The notes under the pieces are model-generated. The model was not told the origin of the DNA. It ran no database searches and saw only the letters and a list, made by a program, of their open reading frames with translations. From positions 13,596 through 77,595 of the forward strand of contig JAIOAW010000007.1 in assembly GCA_019873625.1 (NCBI GenBank): a stretch of 64,000 nucleotides of DNA, given 5' to 3'. Of this stretch, positions 50,043-60,250 are shown piece by piece; positions within the stretch are counted from its first letter, which is position 1; the number at the start of each line of letters is the position of its first letter. This DNA comes from Chloroflexota bacterium (GTDB lineage Bacteria; Chloroflexota; Anaerolineae; UBA1429). The translations under genes were made by a program, and so were the position numbers.

Positions 50043-50501
50043 CTATTCCCCAGGCGCCGATTCCTCGCGATCGCGTGCCAGGAGGGCCTGCAAGGCCAAG
50101 AGGTAGCCGCGCCACCCCAGCCCGCAGATCTGCCCCAGGCAGACGGGCGCAATGAGGCTGCGGCGCCGAAAGGCCTCTCGCGCGTGGATGTTCGAGAGGT
50201 GCACCTCGATGGCGGGGAGGCGGATGGCGGCGAGGGCGTCTCGGATGGCGTAACTGGTGTGCGTATAGGCCCCCGCGTTGATGACGATGCCCCGCGCCCA
50301 GGTTCTTGCCTCCTGAATGGCGTCTATGATGGCCCCTTCATCGTTGCTCTGGATGATGCGGAGCGAGACGCCCTCTTGTTCGGCCCATACGCGGAGGCGC
50401 CGGTTGATCTCCTCAAGCGTCTCGTGGCCATAGATCTCGGGTTCGCGCATGCCGAGGAGGTTCAGGTTCGGGCCGTGGATGACGAGGTATTGCGGGTTCA
50501 T
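50043..50501 (-). CDS. aroQ: Type II 3-dehydroquinate dehydratase
   Basis: [28 protein letters not shown]. Confidence 0.96.
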   Translation of the reverse strand: MNPQYLVIHGPNLNLLGMREPEIYGHETLEEINRRLRVWAEQEGVSLRIIQSNDEGAIIDAIQEARTWARGIVINAGAYTHTSYAIRDALAAIRLPAIEVHLSNIHAREAFRRRSLIAPVCLGQICGLGWRGYLLALQALLARDREESAPGE

Positions 50502-52075
50502 AGGCGGATCCTTTCTAGCGCCTTGAGCACGAGGGATGGGGGGATATCGCCATCCACCACCACGTCGCCAATGGCGCGGGGCAAGATGAACCGCAAACGG
50601 CTCCCCTGGCGCTTTTTGTCGAGGGCCATCGCGCCATATACGGCCTCGGGGGGATGGCTATCATAGTGCGTGGGGAGGCCGTGCCGTTCGAGCGCGGCGA
50701 GAATGCGCCGGCGCGTCTCTTCTGTGCATAGGCCGCGCAGTTCGGCCAGGTGGGCCGCCGCCGCCAGCCCGATGCTCACCGCGAGGCCGTGATGTAGGCG
50801 ATATTCCGAAAGGACCTCGAAGGCATGGGCAAAGGTATGCCCCAGGTTGAGCACCACGCGGCGGCCCTTCTCATAGGGGTCCTCTTCCACCACGTCTATC
50901 TTGACCTGGAGTTGGCGGCGTAAGACCCAGTTGAGGTCGGGGGAAGCGTTCGCCTCCAGCGCGGCAAAGAGTTCGGGGTCGCCGATGATGCCGTGCTTGA
51001 TGACTTCCGCCATACCGGCGCGGTATTCGATTTCCGGCAGGGTATCGAGGAGGAGAGGGTCGAGGAGCACCAAGAGCGGCTGGACAAAGGCCCCGATGAG
51101 GTTCTTGCCCCGTGGGTGGTCCACGGCCACCTTGCCGCCTACGCTCGCATCGGCCATCCCGAGAAGGGTGGTGGGCACTTGCACGAGCGCCACACCGCGC
51201 ATATAGGTGGCGGCGGCAAAACCGGCCATATCCGTGATGACGCCCCCACCCAGGGCCACCACCACGCCGCTGCGGTCGAGGCCCATTTCGGCAAAGCGGT
51301 CATAGAGGGAAGCGACCGTGGCAAGGGTCTTGTGCTCCTCGCCGGCGGGCAGGTGGATGGCCTCCGCGGAGAGGCCCCAACGCTTCAGGCTTGCCACGGC
51401 CCGCGCGCTGTAGAGCGGCCCCACGTGCTCATCGCTCACCACCACCGCGCGCGTGCGGATACCCGCCTCATACACCAACGCGCCGAGCGCATCCAGCCCG
51501 GCCGCCGCGAGGTGGACGGGATATTCCCCCGTGGGCGTTTTGACGTGCCATAGTTTGGGTTCCGCCCCGTAGCGCGAAGCGATGCGCTCGACGACCTCCG
51601 GCGCCGAAAGGGCCGTCGTATCCACGTGGTGTGGGATGGCCGCATAGGCCGGCTGGCGCTTGGCCCAGAGGGCGCGCAGGCGCTGTTCGGGGTTTTCTCC
51701 CCAGAGCATCGGGCGATCGGCCACGTTTCGCAGGCGGCGCAACAGGGTGGGGATTTCGCAATCCAAACAGATGAGGATGCCCCGGCGGGCGAGCAGGTCT
51801 CGATTCCTCTCATCCACCAGCGCCCCGCCCCCCGTGGCGATGACCAACCCCTCGCGGGCGGCGAGTTCCTCGCACAGGGCGCGCTCCAACTGGCGGAAGG
51901 TGACCTCGCCATAGCGGCGAAAGATCTCGGGGATGCTGCAGCCCGCGCGTTCGGCGATAAGGGCGTCCATATCCACAAAAGGGCGGCCCAGCCGGGCGGC
52001 CACGCCGCGGCCGACGGTCGTCTTGCCGGTGGCCATAAACCCCGTGATGACCAGATTACGCTTGGCGAGGTCCAT
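50498..52075 (-). CDS. aroKB: Fused shikimate kinase / 3-dehydroquinate synthase
   Basis: [14 protein letters not shown]; then [24 protein letters not shown]. Confidence 0.94.
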   Translation of the reverse strand: MDLAKRNLVITGFMATGKTTVGRGVAARLGRPFVDMDALIAERAGCSIPEIFRRYGEVTFRQLERALCEELAAREGLVIATGGGALVDERNRDLLARRGILICLDCEIPTLLRRLRNVADRPMLWGENPEQRLRALWAKRQPAYAAIPHHVDTTALSAPEVVERIASRYGAEPKLWHVKTPTGEYPVHLAAAGLDALGALVYEAGIRTRAVVVSDEHVGPLYSARAVASLKRWGLSAEAIHLPAGEEHKTLATVASLYDRFAEMGLDRSGVVVALGGGVITDMAGFAAATYMRGVALVQVPTTLLGMADASVGGKVAVDHPRGKNLIGAFVQPLLVLLDPLLLDTLPEIEYRAGMAEVIKHGIIGDPELFAALEANASPDLNWVLRRQLQVKIDVVEEDPYEKGRRVVLNLGHTFAHAFEVLSEYRLHHGLAVSIGLAAAAHLAELRGLCTEETRRRILAALERHGLPTHYDSHPPEAVYGAMALDKKRQGSRLRFILPRAIGDVVVDGDIPPSLVLKALERIRL

Positions 52076-53180
52076 CCTTTAGCCTCCGCAGAATGGTGCT
52101 CAAATCGTCTCCGCCGTAACGCTCCAAGAAGGCATCGGCCAACACCCAGGCCACCATTGCCTCGGCCACCACCGCCGCAGCGGGCACAGCGCATACGTCG
52201 GAACGCTGATACTGGGTGGTTACCGCCTCGCCCGTGGCGAGATCCACCGTGGGGAGGGGTGCCAGCGTGGTGGGGATGGGTTTCATCGCCGCGCGGAGGA
52301 GGAGTGGCTCGCCGTTGGTGATGCCTCCTTCCAACCCGCCGGCGCGGTTGGTATGGCGCACGGGGCCATACGGGCCGGGGTAAAGCGCGTCATGCACGGC
52401 AGTGCCGGGTAGGGCGGCATTCTCGAAGGCGGGACCGATCTCCACGCCCTTGATGGCCGGGATGCTCATCACGGCGTGGGCCAGGCGCGCGTCAAGGCGG
52501 CGATCCCACTGGGCGTAGGAGCCGAGGCCCACCGGCAGGCCCAAGGCCACCACGACGAGGATGCCGCCCAAGGAATCCCCCGCCTGGCGGGCGGCCTCGA
52601 TGCGCTGGCGCATACGAAGGGCGGCGGCCTCGTCGGGGCAGGAGACGTCGGAGGAAAGGGCCAGGGCCAAGCGCTCCTCTAGCGGCATGGCCTCCACCGA
52701 GGCGGTCTCTCCGCCGATCGCCTCCACATAACTGCCCACGACGATGCCCGCCTGGCGCAAGAGGTGTTTGGCCACGGCGCCCGCGGCCACCCGCGCGGCT
52801 GTTTCGCGGGCGCTGGCGCGCTCTGCCACCAGGCGCATATCCTCTAACAAACCGTATTTGCTGGCCCCGGCCAAATCCGCATGGCCGGGGCGGGGGCGCG
52901 TCCACCGGGGGATGGGGCGGTTTCGCCAGTTTTCGTAATCTCGATTGGGGATGAACATCCCAAGCGGTGCGCCGATGGTCTTCCCCTCAACGACCCCGCC
53001 GAGAATCTGCACCTCGTCGCGTTCGATGTGTTGGCGGCCTCCGCGCCCGTAACCGCCCTGGCGGCGGGCGAGGTCGCGGTTGATCTCCTCGGGGGCGATG
53101 GGCAACCCGGCGGGCAGACCATCTACGATGACGGTGAGGCCGGGGCCGTGGCTCTCGCCGGCGGTGAGGAAGCGGAGCAT
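52056..53180 (-). CDS. aroC: Chorismate synthase
   Basis: TAGESHG, PRPGHAD, ERASARET, MKPIPT, RSDVCAVP. Confidence 0.97.
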   Translation of the reverse strand: MLRFLTAGESHGPGLTVIVDGLPAGLPIAPEEINRDLARRQGGYGRGGRQHIERDEVQILGGVVEGKTIGAPLGMFIPNRDYENWRNRPIPRWTRPRPGHADLAGASKYGLLEDMRLVAERASARETAARVAAGAVAKHLLRQAGIVVGSYVEAIGGETASVEAMPLEERLALALSSDVSCPDEAAALRMRQRIEAARQAGDSLGGILVVVALGLPVGLGSYAQWDRRLDARLAHAVMSIPAIKGVEIGPAFENAALPGTAVHDALYPGPYGPVRHTNRAGGLEGGITNGEPLLLRAAMKPIPTTLAPLPTVDLATGEAVTTQYQRSDVCAVPAAAVVAEAMVAWVLADAFLERYGGDDLSTILRRLKDGPRQA

Positions 53181-53181
53181 C

Positions 53182-54057
53182 TTACATCCCTCCTAGGGCT
53201 TGTTCGCAGGCGGCGCGCATCACCTCTACCGGCGGTTGGATGCCCGTCCACAGGGCGAAGGATTCCGCCCCTTGGTGTATGAGCATCCCCAGGCCGTTCG
53301 CGGCCTGAGCGCCGGCGGCACGCGCCTGGTGCACAAAATGCGTCTCTCGCGGCGTGTAGATGAGATCGTAGCAAAAGGCCCCTTTGGGGAAGGGAAGGCG
53401 CGCCGGCCAAGGGCTGGCCTCTACCTGAGGCCACATACCCAGAGTCGTCGCGTTGACCACGAGGTCTATCGGCAGGTGTTGCGCAATGGCCTCCGGCGTG
53501 AGCGGCCCGGCCGAAAGGTCAGCCGTGGGGAGGCGCGCGCGCAAGGCGGCGACCAAGGCTTCAGCCCGCGCCACCGTGCGGTTGAGGATACGAACGCTTG
53601 CCCCGACGCTCGCCAGGGCGTATACCACGCTTCGCGCCGCGCCCCCTGCGCCCAACACGAGGGCCGCGCAGCCGGCGGGGTCAAACCCCGCCTCGTGGAG
53701 GGCGCGCAGGAACCCGGCCGCATCCGTATTGTGGCCCAGGATGCCTTCCTCGCGGATGTGGAGCGTGTTGACCGCGCCGATGGCCTCTGCCTCGGGCGTC
53801 AAGGCATCTACCAAGGGGAGGAGCGCCTCTTTATGGGGGACGGTGGCGTTCACCCCGCGCACGCCCAAGGCGCGCAAACCGCGCACCGCCTCCGGCAGGC
53901 GCTCCGGGGGCACCGCGAAGGGCACGTAGCACCAATCCAGGCCGAGCGCGGCAAAAGCAGCGTTATGCATCGCGGGCGAAAGGCTGTGGCCGATGGGCCA
54001 ACCGATGACGCCCGCCACTTGCGTATGGCCCATAATGCGCGGCATTGAGCGGTTCAC
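53182..54057 (-). CDS. aroE: Shikimate dehydrogenase
   Basis: HSLSPAMHN, NATVPHK, GAVNT, NTD, GAGGAA; GTG start behind AAGGAG overlapping the aroA stop. Confidence 0.94.
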   Translation of the reverse strand: MNRSMPRIMGHTQVAGVIGWPIGHSLSPAMHNAAFAALGLDWCYVPFAVPPERLPEAVRGLRALGVRGVNATVPHKEALLPLVDALTPEAEAIGAVNTLHIREEGILGHNTDAAGFLRALHEAGFDPAGCAALVLGAGGAARSVVYALASVGASVRILNRTVARAEALVAALRARLPTADLSAGPLTPEAIAQHLPIDLVVNATTLGMWPQVEASPWPARLPFPKGAFCYDLIYTPRETHFVHQARAAGAQAANGLGMLIHQGAESFALWTGIQPPVEVMRAACEQALGGM

Positions 54058-55355
54058 AGGGCGGCTCCTTCGGTAAGGGTCAAGAGGCACTCTTGAAAAC
54101 CGGGGAAGGAATCGGCGATGCATTCGCTGCCCTGGATGGTCGTCTGCCCCGAGGCGATGAGGCCGGCGATGGCCAAGGTCATTGCCAAACGGTGGTCGCC
54201 GTAACACTCGACCGTGGTGCCCACGAGGGGCGTTGGCCCTTCGATATCAAAACCGTCGTCATACGGCTCGATGTGGGCGCCCAAGGCCCGTAGGGCCGAG
54301 ACGATGGTGGCGATGCGATCGCTCTCTTTGACGCGGAGTTCCGCCGCGTCCCGCACCCGCGTGACGCCCTCGGCCTGGGTGGCCGCCAGGGCCAGGATGG
54401 GGAATTCATCAATCATCCGGGGCACCAGGTCTCCGCCGATGCTCGCGGCCCGCAGGGGCTGGCTCTCGATGAGGAGATCGGCCACGGGTTCGCCGCCCGT
54501 ATCGCGCCTATTCGCCATCTGCACCGAGCCGCCCATCGCAGCGAGGGCATCGAGCAGGCCCGTGCGCGTCGGGTTGATGTTGACGTTCTTTAGGAGAACG
54601 CGGCTATCGGGCACAAGCATCGCCCCTACGATGAAATAGGACGCAGAAGAGAAGTCCCCCGGCACAATGGTCTCCACGGCGTTCAAACGCTCCGCTGGCC
54701 CTTGGAGGGTGTGCCGCAGCCCCTCGGTGCGAACGGCCACCCCCCGCGCCTTCAGCATACGTTCCGTGTGGTCGCGCGAAGGCCCCGGCTCGATGACGGT
54801 CGTCTCCCCTTCAGCATAGAGGCCCGCGAGGAGGAGGCACGATTTGACTTGGGCGCTCGCCACGTTCAGGCGGTGTTCGGCGCCGTGGAGCGCGCCCCCC
54901 TGGATGCTCAGGGGCGGGAACCGCCCCCCCTCGCGCCCCCAAATGTGCGCCCCCATAGCGCGCAAGGGGTCTGCCACGCGATCCATCGGCCGGCGCAAGA
55001 GTTGGGCATCTCCGGTGAGGACGCTGTAAAAGGGCTGCCCCACCAAAAGGCCGGCGAGGAGGCGCATCGTAGTGCCCGAGCGCACGCAGTTGAGGACGTT
55101 CACAGGCTCGCGCCACCCGCGCAGGCCCTTCCCGTGGATGAGCAGTTCGCCCGGCCCGGGCCTCTCGATGAGCACTCCCAAGGCCTGTAGGCAGCCTAGC
55201 GTGGCCTGGCAATCTCCTCCGCTCTGAAAGCCCTCGACGCGCGAGGCGCCTTCGGCGATGGCCCCCAAGAGGAGCGCGCGGTGGGTGATGGATTTATCGC
55301 CGGGGAGGGTAGCCTCTCCGCGCAGGCGAGGCACCGGGTTGACTCGCAATTTCAT
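54054..55355 (-). CDS. aroA: EPSP synthase (class II)
   Basis: PGDKSITHR, SGTTMRL, SAQVKS, RDHTE, RVKESDR, DHRLAM. Confidence 0.96.
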   Translation of the reverse strand: MKLRVNPVPRLRGEATLPGDKSITHRALLLGAIAEGASRVEGFQSGGDCQATLGCLQALGVLIERPGPGELLIHGKGLRGWREPVNVLNCVRSGTTMRLLAGLLVGQPFYSVLTGDAQLLRRPMDRVADPLRAMGAHIWGREGGRFPPLSIQGGALHGAEHRLNVASAQVKSCLLLAGLYAEGETTVIEPGPSRDHTERMLKARGVAVRTEGLRHTLQGPAERLNAVETIVPGDFSSASYFIVGAMLVPDSRVLLKNVNINPTRTGLLDALAAMGGSVQMANRRDTGGEPVADLLIESQPLRAASIGGDLVPRMIDEFPILALAATQAEGVTRVRDAAELRVKESDRIATIVSALRALGAHIEPYDDGFDIEGPTPLVGTTVECYGDHRLAMTLAIAGLIASGQTTIQGSECIADSFPGFQECLLTLTEGAAL

Positions 55356-56221
55356 GGGAACACCTCCATTCGTCGCTGCCGTGCGGCCTCTAGTTTGGCC
55401 TGCAAGGCGCTGAAATCCTGTTGAGCCAAGAGTTCGGCAAGCGTTGCGAGTTCGCCTTGGGCGGTCCGCAGGGCGGCAAGGATCGGCTCGCGGTTCGTGA
55501 TGAGGATATCCAGCATCATCTCCACGTTCGTTGCCGCCAGGCGGCTCGTATCTCGAAAGCCGCTGGCGGCGAGCGCCCAAAGGAGCGCATCCCCTTCGGC
55601 AAGGCGTTCGGCAGAAAGGACGAGCGCGATGGAAAGGAGATAGGGCAAGTGGCTGATGGCCGCGACCAAAGCGTCATGCCGGGCGGGGTCAAGCACTAAA
55701 GGGCGCGCCCCCACGGCGCGCACCATTTCCTCGGCCAGGGCCAGGGCCTCGGGCGCCGTGCGCTCCAAGGGCGAAAGGACGAATACGCGGTCTTGATAGA
55801 GGTCCGGTTCGGCCATAGCCAAGCCAGAGGTCTCTTTGCCGCACATCGGGTGCGCGCCGATGGGCTGGACGTGCGGCGGCAGGGCCTCCATCGCTTGGCA
55901 GATGGCCCGCTTGGTGCTGCCCACATCGAGGAGGACGCACCCCGGCTTGAGGAGCGGCCCGATTTCGGCGATGCGGGCCAAGATATCGCGCACGGGCGTG
56001 GCGAGCACCACGAGGTCCGCCTCTCGCACGCCTGCGGCGAGGTCCGTCTCCCCTTGGTGGATGATGCGCAGGGCGAGCGCCGTGCGGAGGGTGCTCGGCC
56101 GGCGGGCGATGCCCACGATGCGTCGGCAGGCGCGCCGCGCACTGAGCGCGGCGGCAAGCGACCCGCCCATCAGCCCCAACCCTACGATGGCCACCTGGGC
56201 CTCTGACAAGGGCACTGGCAT
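55352..56221 (-). CDS. tyrA: Prephenate/arogenate dehydrogenase
   Basis: GLGLMGGS, DVGSTK, HPMCG, SHLP, GFRDTSR. Confidence 0.93.
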   Translation of the reverse strand: MPVPLSEAQVAIVGLGLMGGSLAAALSARRACRRIVGIARRPSTLRTALALRIIHQGETDLAAGVREADLVVLATPVRDILARIAEIGPLLKPGCVLLDVGSTKRAICQAMEALPPHVQPIGAHPMCGKETSGLAMAEPDLYQDRVFVLSPLERTAPEALALAEEMVRAVGARPLVLDPARHDALVAAISHLPYLLSIALVLSAERLAEGDALLWALAASGFRDTSRLAATNVEMMLDILITNREPILAALRTAQGELATLAELLAQQDFSALQAKLEAARQRRMEVFP

Positions 56222-56226
56222 AGCCC

Positions 56227-57246
56227 TCACCCCTCCACCGTACGCCCGACGGCCTCGGCCACCTGGCGCGCCCGCGCCACCATCTCGGCAAAGCGCTCGG
56301 GCCGCAGAGATTGGGCGCCGTCGGAAAGGGCCTTATCGGGGTGGGGGTGCACTTCCACCTCCAGCCCATCGGCGCCGGCGGCGATGGCCGCGAGTGAGAG
56401 GGAGGTTACCCATTCCCAACGGCCGGCGGCGTGGCTCGGATCCACTACCACGGGCAGGTGTGTCGTCTCTTTGAGGACGGGTACGGCGCTGATATCCAGC
56501 GTGTTGCGGGTGTACGGCTCAAAGGTGCGGATGCCCCGTTCGCACAGGATGACGCGATAGTTCCCGTGCGAAAGGATGTACTCCGCGGACATCAACAGTT
56601 CTTCCATAGTGGACATCATCCCGCGTTTGAGGAGCACGGGCCTGCCCAGGGCGCCCAAGGCGTGAAGGAGGTTGTAATTCTGCATATTGCGGGTGCCCAC
56701 TTGGAGGATATCGGCCACCTCAGCCACCATAGGCACTTGCTCGGGGGCCATCACCTCGGTGATGACGGGCAAGCCCGTGGCCGCCTTGGCCTCGGCGAGG
56801 AGTTCCAGCCCCTTGTAGCCCAACCCTTGGAAACTGTACGGCGAGGTGCGCGGCTTGAAGGCCCCGCCGCGCAGGATGTGCGCCCCCGCCTCTTTGACGG
56901 CTTGGGCCGTCTCTAGAATCTGTTCGCGGCTCTCCACGGCGCACGGCCCGGCGATGATGACCACGCTGCGATCGCCGATGCGCACACCGTTGATGGGCAC
57001 GATGGTATTTTCGGGGTGAAAGTCTCGGCTGGCCAGTTTGTAAGGCTTGAGGATGCGGACGACCTTTTCGACGCCATCCATCAGGCGAAAGACGGAATCG
57101 TCTATGGGGCGCTCATCGCCGATGACCCCGATAATCGTCCGCTCCTGGCCCTCGGAGAGGTGTGGGCGGAACCCTAATTCGTGCACCCGGCGGACGACGG
57201 CTTGAATCTGCTCTTTGGTGGCGCCATTTTGCATCACGACAATCAT
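56227..57246 (-). CDS. aroF: DAHP synthase type I-beta with N-terminal ACT-like domain
   Basis: [35 protein letters not shown]. Confidence 0.95.
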   Translation of the reverse strand: MIVVMQNGATKEQIQAVVRRVHELGFRPHLSEGQERTIIGVIGDERPIDDSVFRLMDGVEKVVRILKPYKLASRDFHPENTIVPINGVRIGDRSVVIIAGPCAVESREQILETAQAVKEAGAHILRGGAFKPRTSPYSFQGLGYKGLELLAEAKAATGLPVITEVMAPEQVPMVAEVADILQVGTRNMQNYNLLHALGALGRPVLLKRGMMSTMEELLMSAEYILSHGNYRVILCERGIRTFEPYTRNTLDISAVPVLKETTHLPVVVDPSHAAGRWEWVTSLSLAAIAAGADGLEVEVHPHPDKALSDGAQSLRPERFAEMVARARQVAEAVGRTVEG

Positions 57247-57641
57247 CGTTCTTTCTCCTTTCCTTGTGGGGGAGGGTCTTGCCCGAGGAGGTCTGGGCGC
57301 AGGGCGCGCGCCTCACGCTGGTAAACGTGGATGATCTCATCCTGAGGTTTCTCAGTATTCCATAGGAGGAGGATGCGGATGCACCGCGGCAGGCTGCCCG
57401 GCACGGCGATTTCGACGGCATCCAACAGCGGCACGTGCTGCCAGCCCAATTCGCGGGCGGCGCGCGCGGGGAAAGCGGCGTTCAGGTCTGGGGTGGCGGT
57501 GAAGAAGGCCGCGGCGACGTCGGCGCCGGCGATGCCGTTGGCGCAGATCATCTCCTCCAACAAGGCCCTCGTCGCCCCCAGGATGAGGTCGGCTTCGTTG
57601 GCCGGGGCGGTGGTGGCCCCTCGCACACCTCGTATGGGCAT
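57243..57641 (-). CDS. aroH: AroH-class chorismate mutase
   Basis: [39 protein letters not shown]. Confidence 0.95.
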   Translation of the reverse strand: MPIRGVRGATTAPANEADLILGATRALLEEMICANGIAGADVAAAFFTATPDLNAAFPARAARELGWQHVPLLDAVEIAVPGSLPRCIRILLLWNTEKPQDEIIHVYQREARALRPDLLGQDPPPQGKEKER

Positions 57642-57663
57642 AGATGCTCCTTTCTGCGGCCGT

Positions 57664-57702
57664 AAAATAAAGAGAGCGTGGGGCTTGGCGCTCCACGCTC
57701 TC
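57664..57702 (-). terminator. Attenuator terminator of the aro operon
   Basis: GAGAGCGTGGAGC-GCCAA-GCCCACGCTCTC then TTTTATTTT, between leader peptide and aroH. Confidence 0.88.
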
Positions 57703-57728
57703 GATGTATATGGATTCTGTGATGCTTC

Positions 57729-57908
57729 TTACCTATACCGGCCCCCGTGGAGCGCAGCAGCCCCCGCAAAGTAGCGGGGATAATAAAAGTAGAACGCAAA
57801 CAGGCTGCCCTCGAAGGAGGCACGGGCCGCAGCGGGCAAGCGCGATGCGTTGGCCATCGCACCGTTCAAAAGGTTCATCCGGTTTCGCGTTTTCGCGAGA
57901 TCAACCAT
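57729..57908 (-). CDS. Phe/Tyr-rich aro operon leader peptide (59 aa; alternative in-frame ATGs at 57878 and 57857)
   Basis: MVDLAKTRNRMNLLNGAMANASRLPAAARASFEGSLFAFYFYYPRYFAGAAALHGGRYR; 8 of 11 consecutive codons are Phe/Tyr. Confidence 0.8.
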   Translation of the reverse strand: MVDLAKTRNRMNLLNGAMANASRLPAAARASFEGSLFAFYFYYPRYFAGAAALHGGRYR

Positions 57909-57935
57909 CGCCCTTACCCTGCGGAAGTTGCTTTT

Positions 57936-57963
57936 AGCATATACGATTTGGCGAAAAAGTCAA
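57936..57963 (-). promoter_or_regulatory. sigma70 promoter of the aro leader
   Basis: TTGACT-16-TATGCT. Confidence 0.6.
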
Positions 57964-58490
57964 TTTGCCGTGCCAGGGGGTTGAGGGCTATCCGGCGCCC
58001 TGAGCAGTTCCACGAGCGAGGTGCCGATCTCTCGCTCCACCCGTTGCAGGGCGCGGCACCGCGCGATGGCCCAGCGCCAGCCTTGCGCATCGGCTTCCTC
58101 CAAACTAGCGATGAGGGCCTCCCAATCACCCTCGTAGAGGTCATCTCTCAGGCGGAGGAGGGCCACATCGGGCAGGGTATCGTCGGGGGTGCAGGGGCGA
58201 AGCAGCCAGGGCGGCGCGCTCGCCAAGGTGTACCACATCGCGCAGTCATCCTCCGCACCGCGCGCCTGGCCCTCCTCGATGGCCTCGGCCAAACGGAGCA
58301 GGGCTTGAGCGGCCTGGCGCAGTAGGCCGCAGGCCCGTGGAGAACCGGACGTTGCAAAGAGCCATTGCAAGGGCGCATCGGAAGATTCCGCTTGGGCGCG
58401 CAGGGTAGCCAGGTCTGGGCCGGTTCGGCAGGCCTCATCGTAAAAGAGGAGGCCGGCGAGAAGGGCTTCTACAAGGCTTGCTGTGTTCAT
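57960..58490 (-). CDS. Hypothetical helical protein
   Basis: 176-aa ORF filling the gap; LRDDLYEGDWEAL segment; no family recognised with confidence. Confidence 0.55.
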   Translation of the reverse strand: MNTASLVEALLAGLLFYDEACRTGPDLATLRAQAESSDAPLQWLFATSGSPRACGLLRQAAQALLRLAEAIEEGQARGAEDDCAMWYTLASAPPWLLRPCTPDDTLPDVALLRLRDDLYEGDWEALIASLEEADAQGWRWAIARCRALQRVEREIGTSLVELLRAPDSPQPPGTAN

Positions 58491-58652
58491 CGGTTGCCTT
58501 TCGGTTTCACCGCTCGCAGCGCGGCCCTTCTAAGAGGCCCTATCGCCCGAGAGGTGAGGGTGGGGGGGAGAAACTCCTCATATCGTCCTCTTGGATCGTA
58601 TCCCAAAGGGGCGACGAAACCTGTCGCCGCGTCTTCTTAGGGGCAGGGTTTT

Positions 58653-59453
58653 CTAGGGCATCGGCGGAACGTCCTCCAGAAGCCATTCCAGCAGGCGATC
58701 TACCCACGAGCGCAGATCGGGCCATTCCTCGGCCAACCCCACGCCGTGCGGCCCGCTGGGGTAGATGTGTAGCGAGACGGGCACGCCCTGGGCGCGGCAG
58801 GCCTGGGCAAACCGGAGGCTATGGGAGGCGGGCACCACGTCATCATCTGCTGTGTGAAAGATAAAGGTGGGCGGGTTAGCCGGGGAGACGTGCAGTTCGT
58901 TGCTCAGTTGGCGACGCAGGGCTTCCGGTGGCCGGGGACCAAGGAGCGCCACGGCCGAGCCGAGGTGATACTCGCGCACCATCGAGATGACGGGGTAGGC
59001 CAAGGCCAGGCGATCGGGCCGGGCGCTGTAAAGGGCCGCAAGGTCATCCAGCGGGTCGCGGTGCACATCGGGCTGGGTGGCGATGGTGCTCGCCAAATGC
59101 CCGCCGGCGCTGAAGCCCATCAGGGTGAGCGCCCCTTGGCGCAGCCCCCAACGCGCGGCTTGAGCGCGCACCAGACGCACGGCACGGGCGGCGTCGGCCA
59201 TCGGCGCGGGGTAGCGATGGGGCGCTACGCGATAAACACACACCGCCGCGAGGAGGCCGTGCCGCGCAAAGAGCCGCGCAAAGGGTTCGCCCTCGTGGGG
59301 GGCGAGCATCTCATAGCCGCCGCCGGGCAAGATGATGATAGCCTGCCCCCGAAACGCCCCCGTGGGATGATATATCTCCAATCGGGGCCGCTGCGCGGTC
59401 TTGTTGTGGGGAGACCCATCGGGCCAGAGGAAGAGCGTCTCGTCAGCGGTCAT
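58653..59453 (-). CDS. Alpha/beta hydrolase (acetyl-xylan esterase/BD-FAE-like)
   Basis: PGGGY, GFSAGGH, YPVI, DDVV, HGVG; start MTADE overlaps the SDR stop. Confidence 0.9.
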   Translation of the reverse strand: MTADETLFLWPDGSPHNKTAQRPRLEIYHPTGAFRGQAIIILPGGGYEMLAPHEGEPFARLFARHGLLAAVCVYRVAPHRYPAPMADAARAVRLVRAQAARWGLRQGALTLMGFSAGGHLASTIATQPDVHRDPLDDLAALYSARPDRLALAYPVISMVREYHLGSAVALLGPRPPEALRRQLSNELHVSPANPPTFIFHTADDDVVPASHSLRFAQACRAQGVPVSLHIYPSGPHGVGLAEEWPDLRSWVDRLLEWLLEDVPPMP

Positions 59454-60241
59454 AGCAGGCCCTGGATCGCGCCGCCATCCACCTGGATGGTGGCCCCGGT
59501 GATGTAAGAGGCCTTCTCGGAGGCCAAAAAGGCGATGAGCGCGGCGAGTTCCTCTGGGCGGCCCAGGCGCCCCATCGGGATGGCGGCCTGCGATTCCGCC
59601 AAGACCTCCTCCACCGTTCGCCCCTCGCGGGCAGCGCGATCGGCAGCCAGGGCGCGCACGCGGTCGGTAAGCATATAGCCGGGGCAGACGTTGTTGACGG
59701 TGATGCCCTCGGCGGCCACTTGGCCGGCCAAGGTCTTGGCCATAGCCACGACGCCGGCGCGCACGGCGTTGGAGAGGATGAGGTTCGGAATGGGCTGTTT
59801 GACGGCGAGGGAGACGATGTTGATGATGCGCCCCCAACGGCGGGAACGCATTTCGGGGAGGACGAGCCGCGTAAGCCGCACGGCGCTCATCAGGTTCAAC
59901 TGAAAAGCGGCGAGCCAATCCTCATCGGTTACATCGGTAAAGGTGCCCGGGGGCGGCCCGCCCGCGTTGTTCACCAGGATTTCCACCGGGCCGAGTTCGG
60001 CGCGCACGCGCGCCACAAGCGCTTCGCAATCGGCGGCACGGCTCACATCCGCGCGGACCGGGAGGATCGTGCTCCCGGTGGTTCGGCGGATTTCTTCCGC
60101 GGCGAGCGCTAGGTCGGCTTCGTTGCGCGCGGCAATGGCGACGGCGCACCCCTCTTCGGCGAGGGCGAGGGCTGTCGCTTTGCCCAGGCCTTTACTCGCG
60201 GCAGCCACTAAGGCGACCTTGCCTTGAATCCCTAATTCCAT
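59450..60241 (-). CDS. SDR-family oxidoreductase (atypical)
   Basis: AAASKGLG, NNAGGPPPG, SNAVR in place of YxxxK, VDGG. Confidence 0.9.
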   Translation of the reverse strand: MELGIQGKVALVAAASKGLGKATALALAEEGCAVAIAARNEADLALAAEEIRRTTGSTILPVRADVSRAADCEALVARVRAELGPVEILVNNAGGPPPGTFTDVTDEDWLAAFQLNLMSAVRLTRLVLPEMRSRRWGRIINIVSLAVKQPIPNLILSNAVRAGVVAMAKTLAGQVAAEGITVNNVCPGYMLTDRVRALAADRAAREGRTVEEVLAESQAAIPMGRLGRPEELAALIAFLASEKASYITGATIQVDGGAIQGLL

Positions 60242-60250
60242 GGCGCTCCT

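Noticed and set aside
57660..57930. T-box riboswitch upstream of the aro operon
   Set aside because: No GGTGGNACCGCG T-box sequence or specifier stem; the leader-peptide model explains the region better
58540..58640. Hammerhead ribozyme (GAAAC-containing hairpins)
   Set aside because: Core CUGANGA is absent on both strands
58653..59918. 421-aa hydrolase with a long N-terminus; similar extensions on aroA (55580) and aroE (54207)
   Set aside because: The extensions overlap upstream genes in other frames; real starts are at 59453, 55355 and 54057
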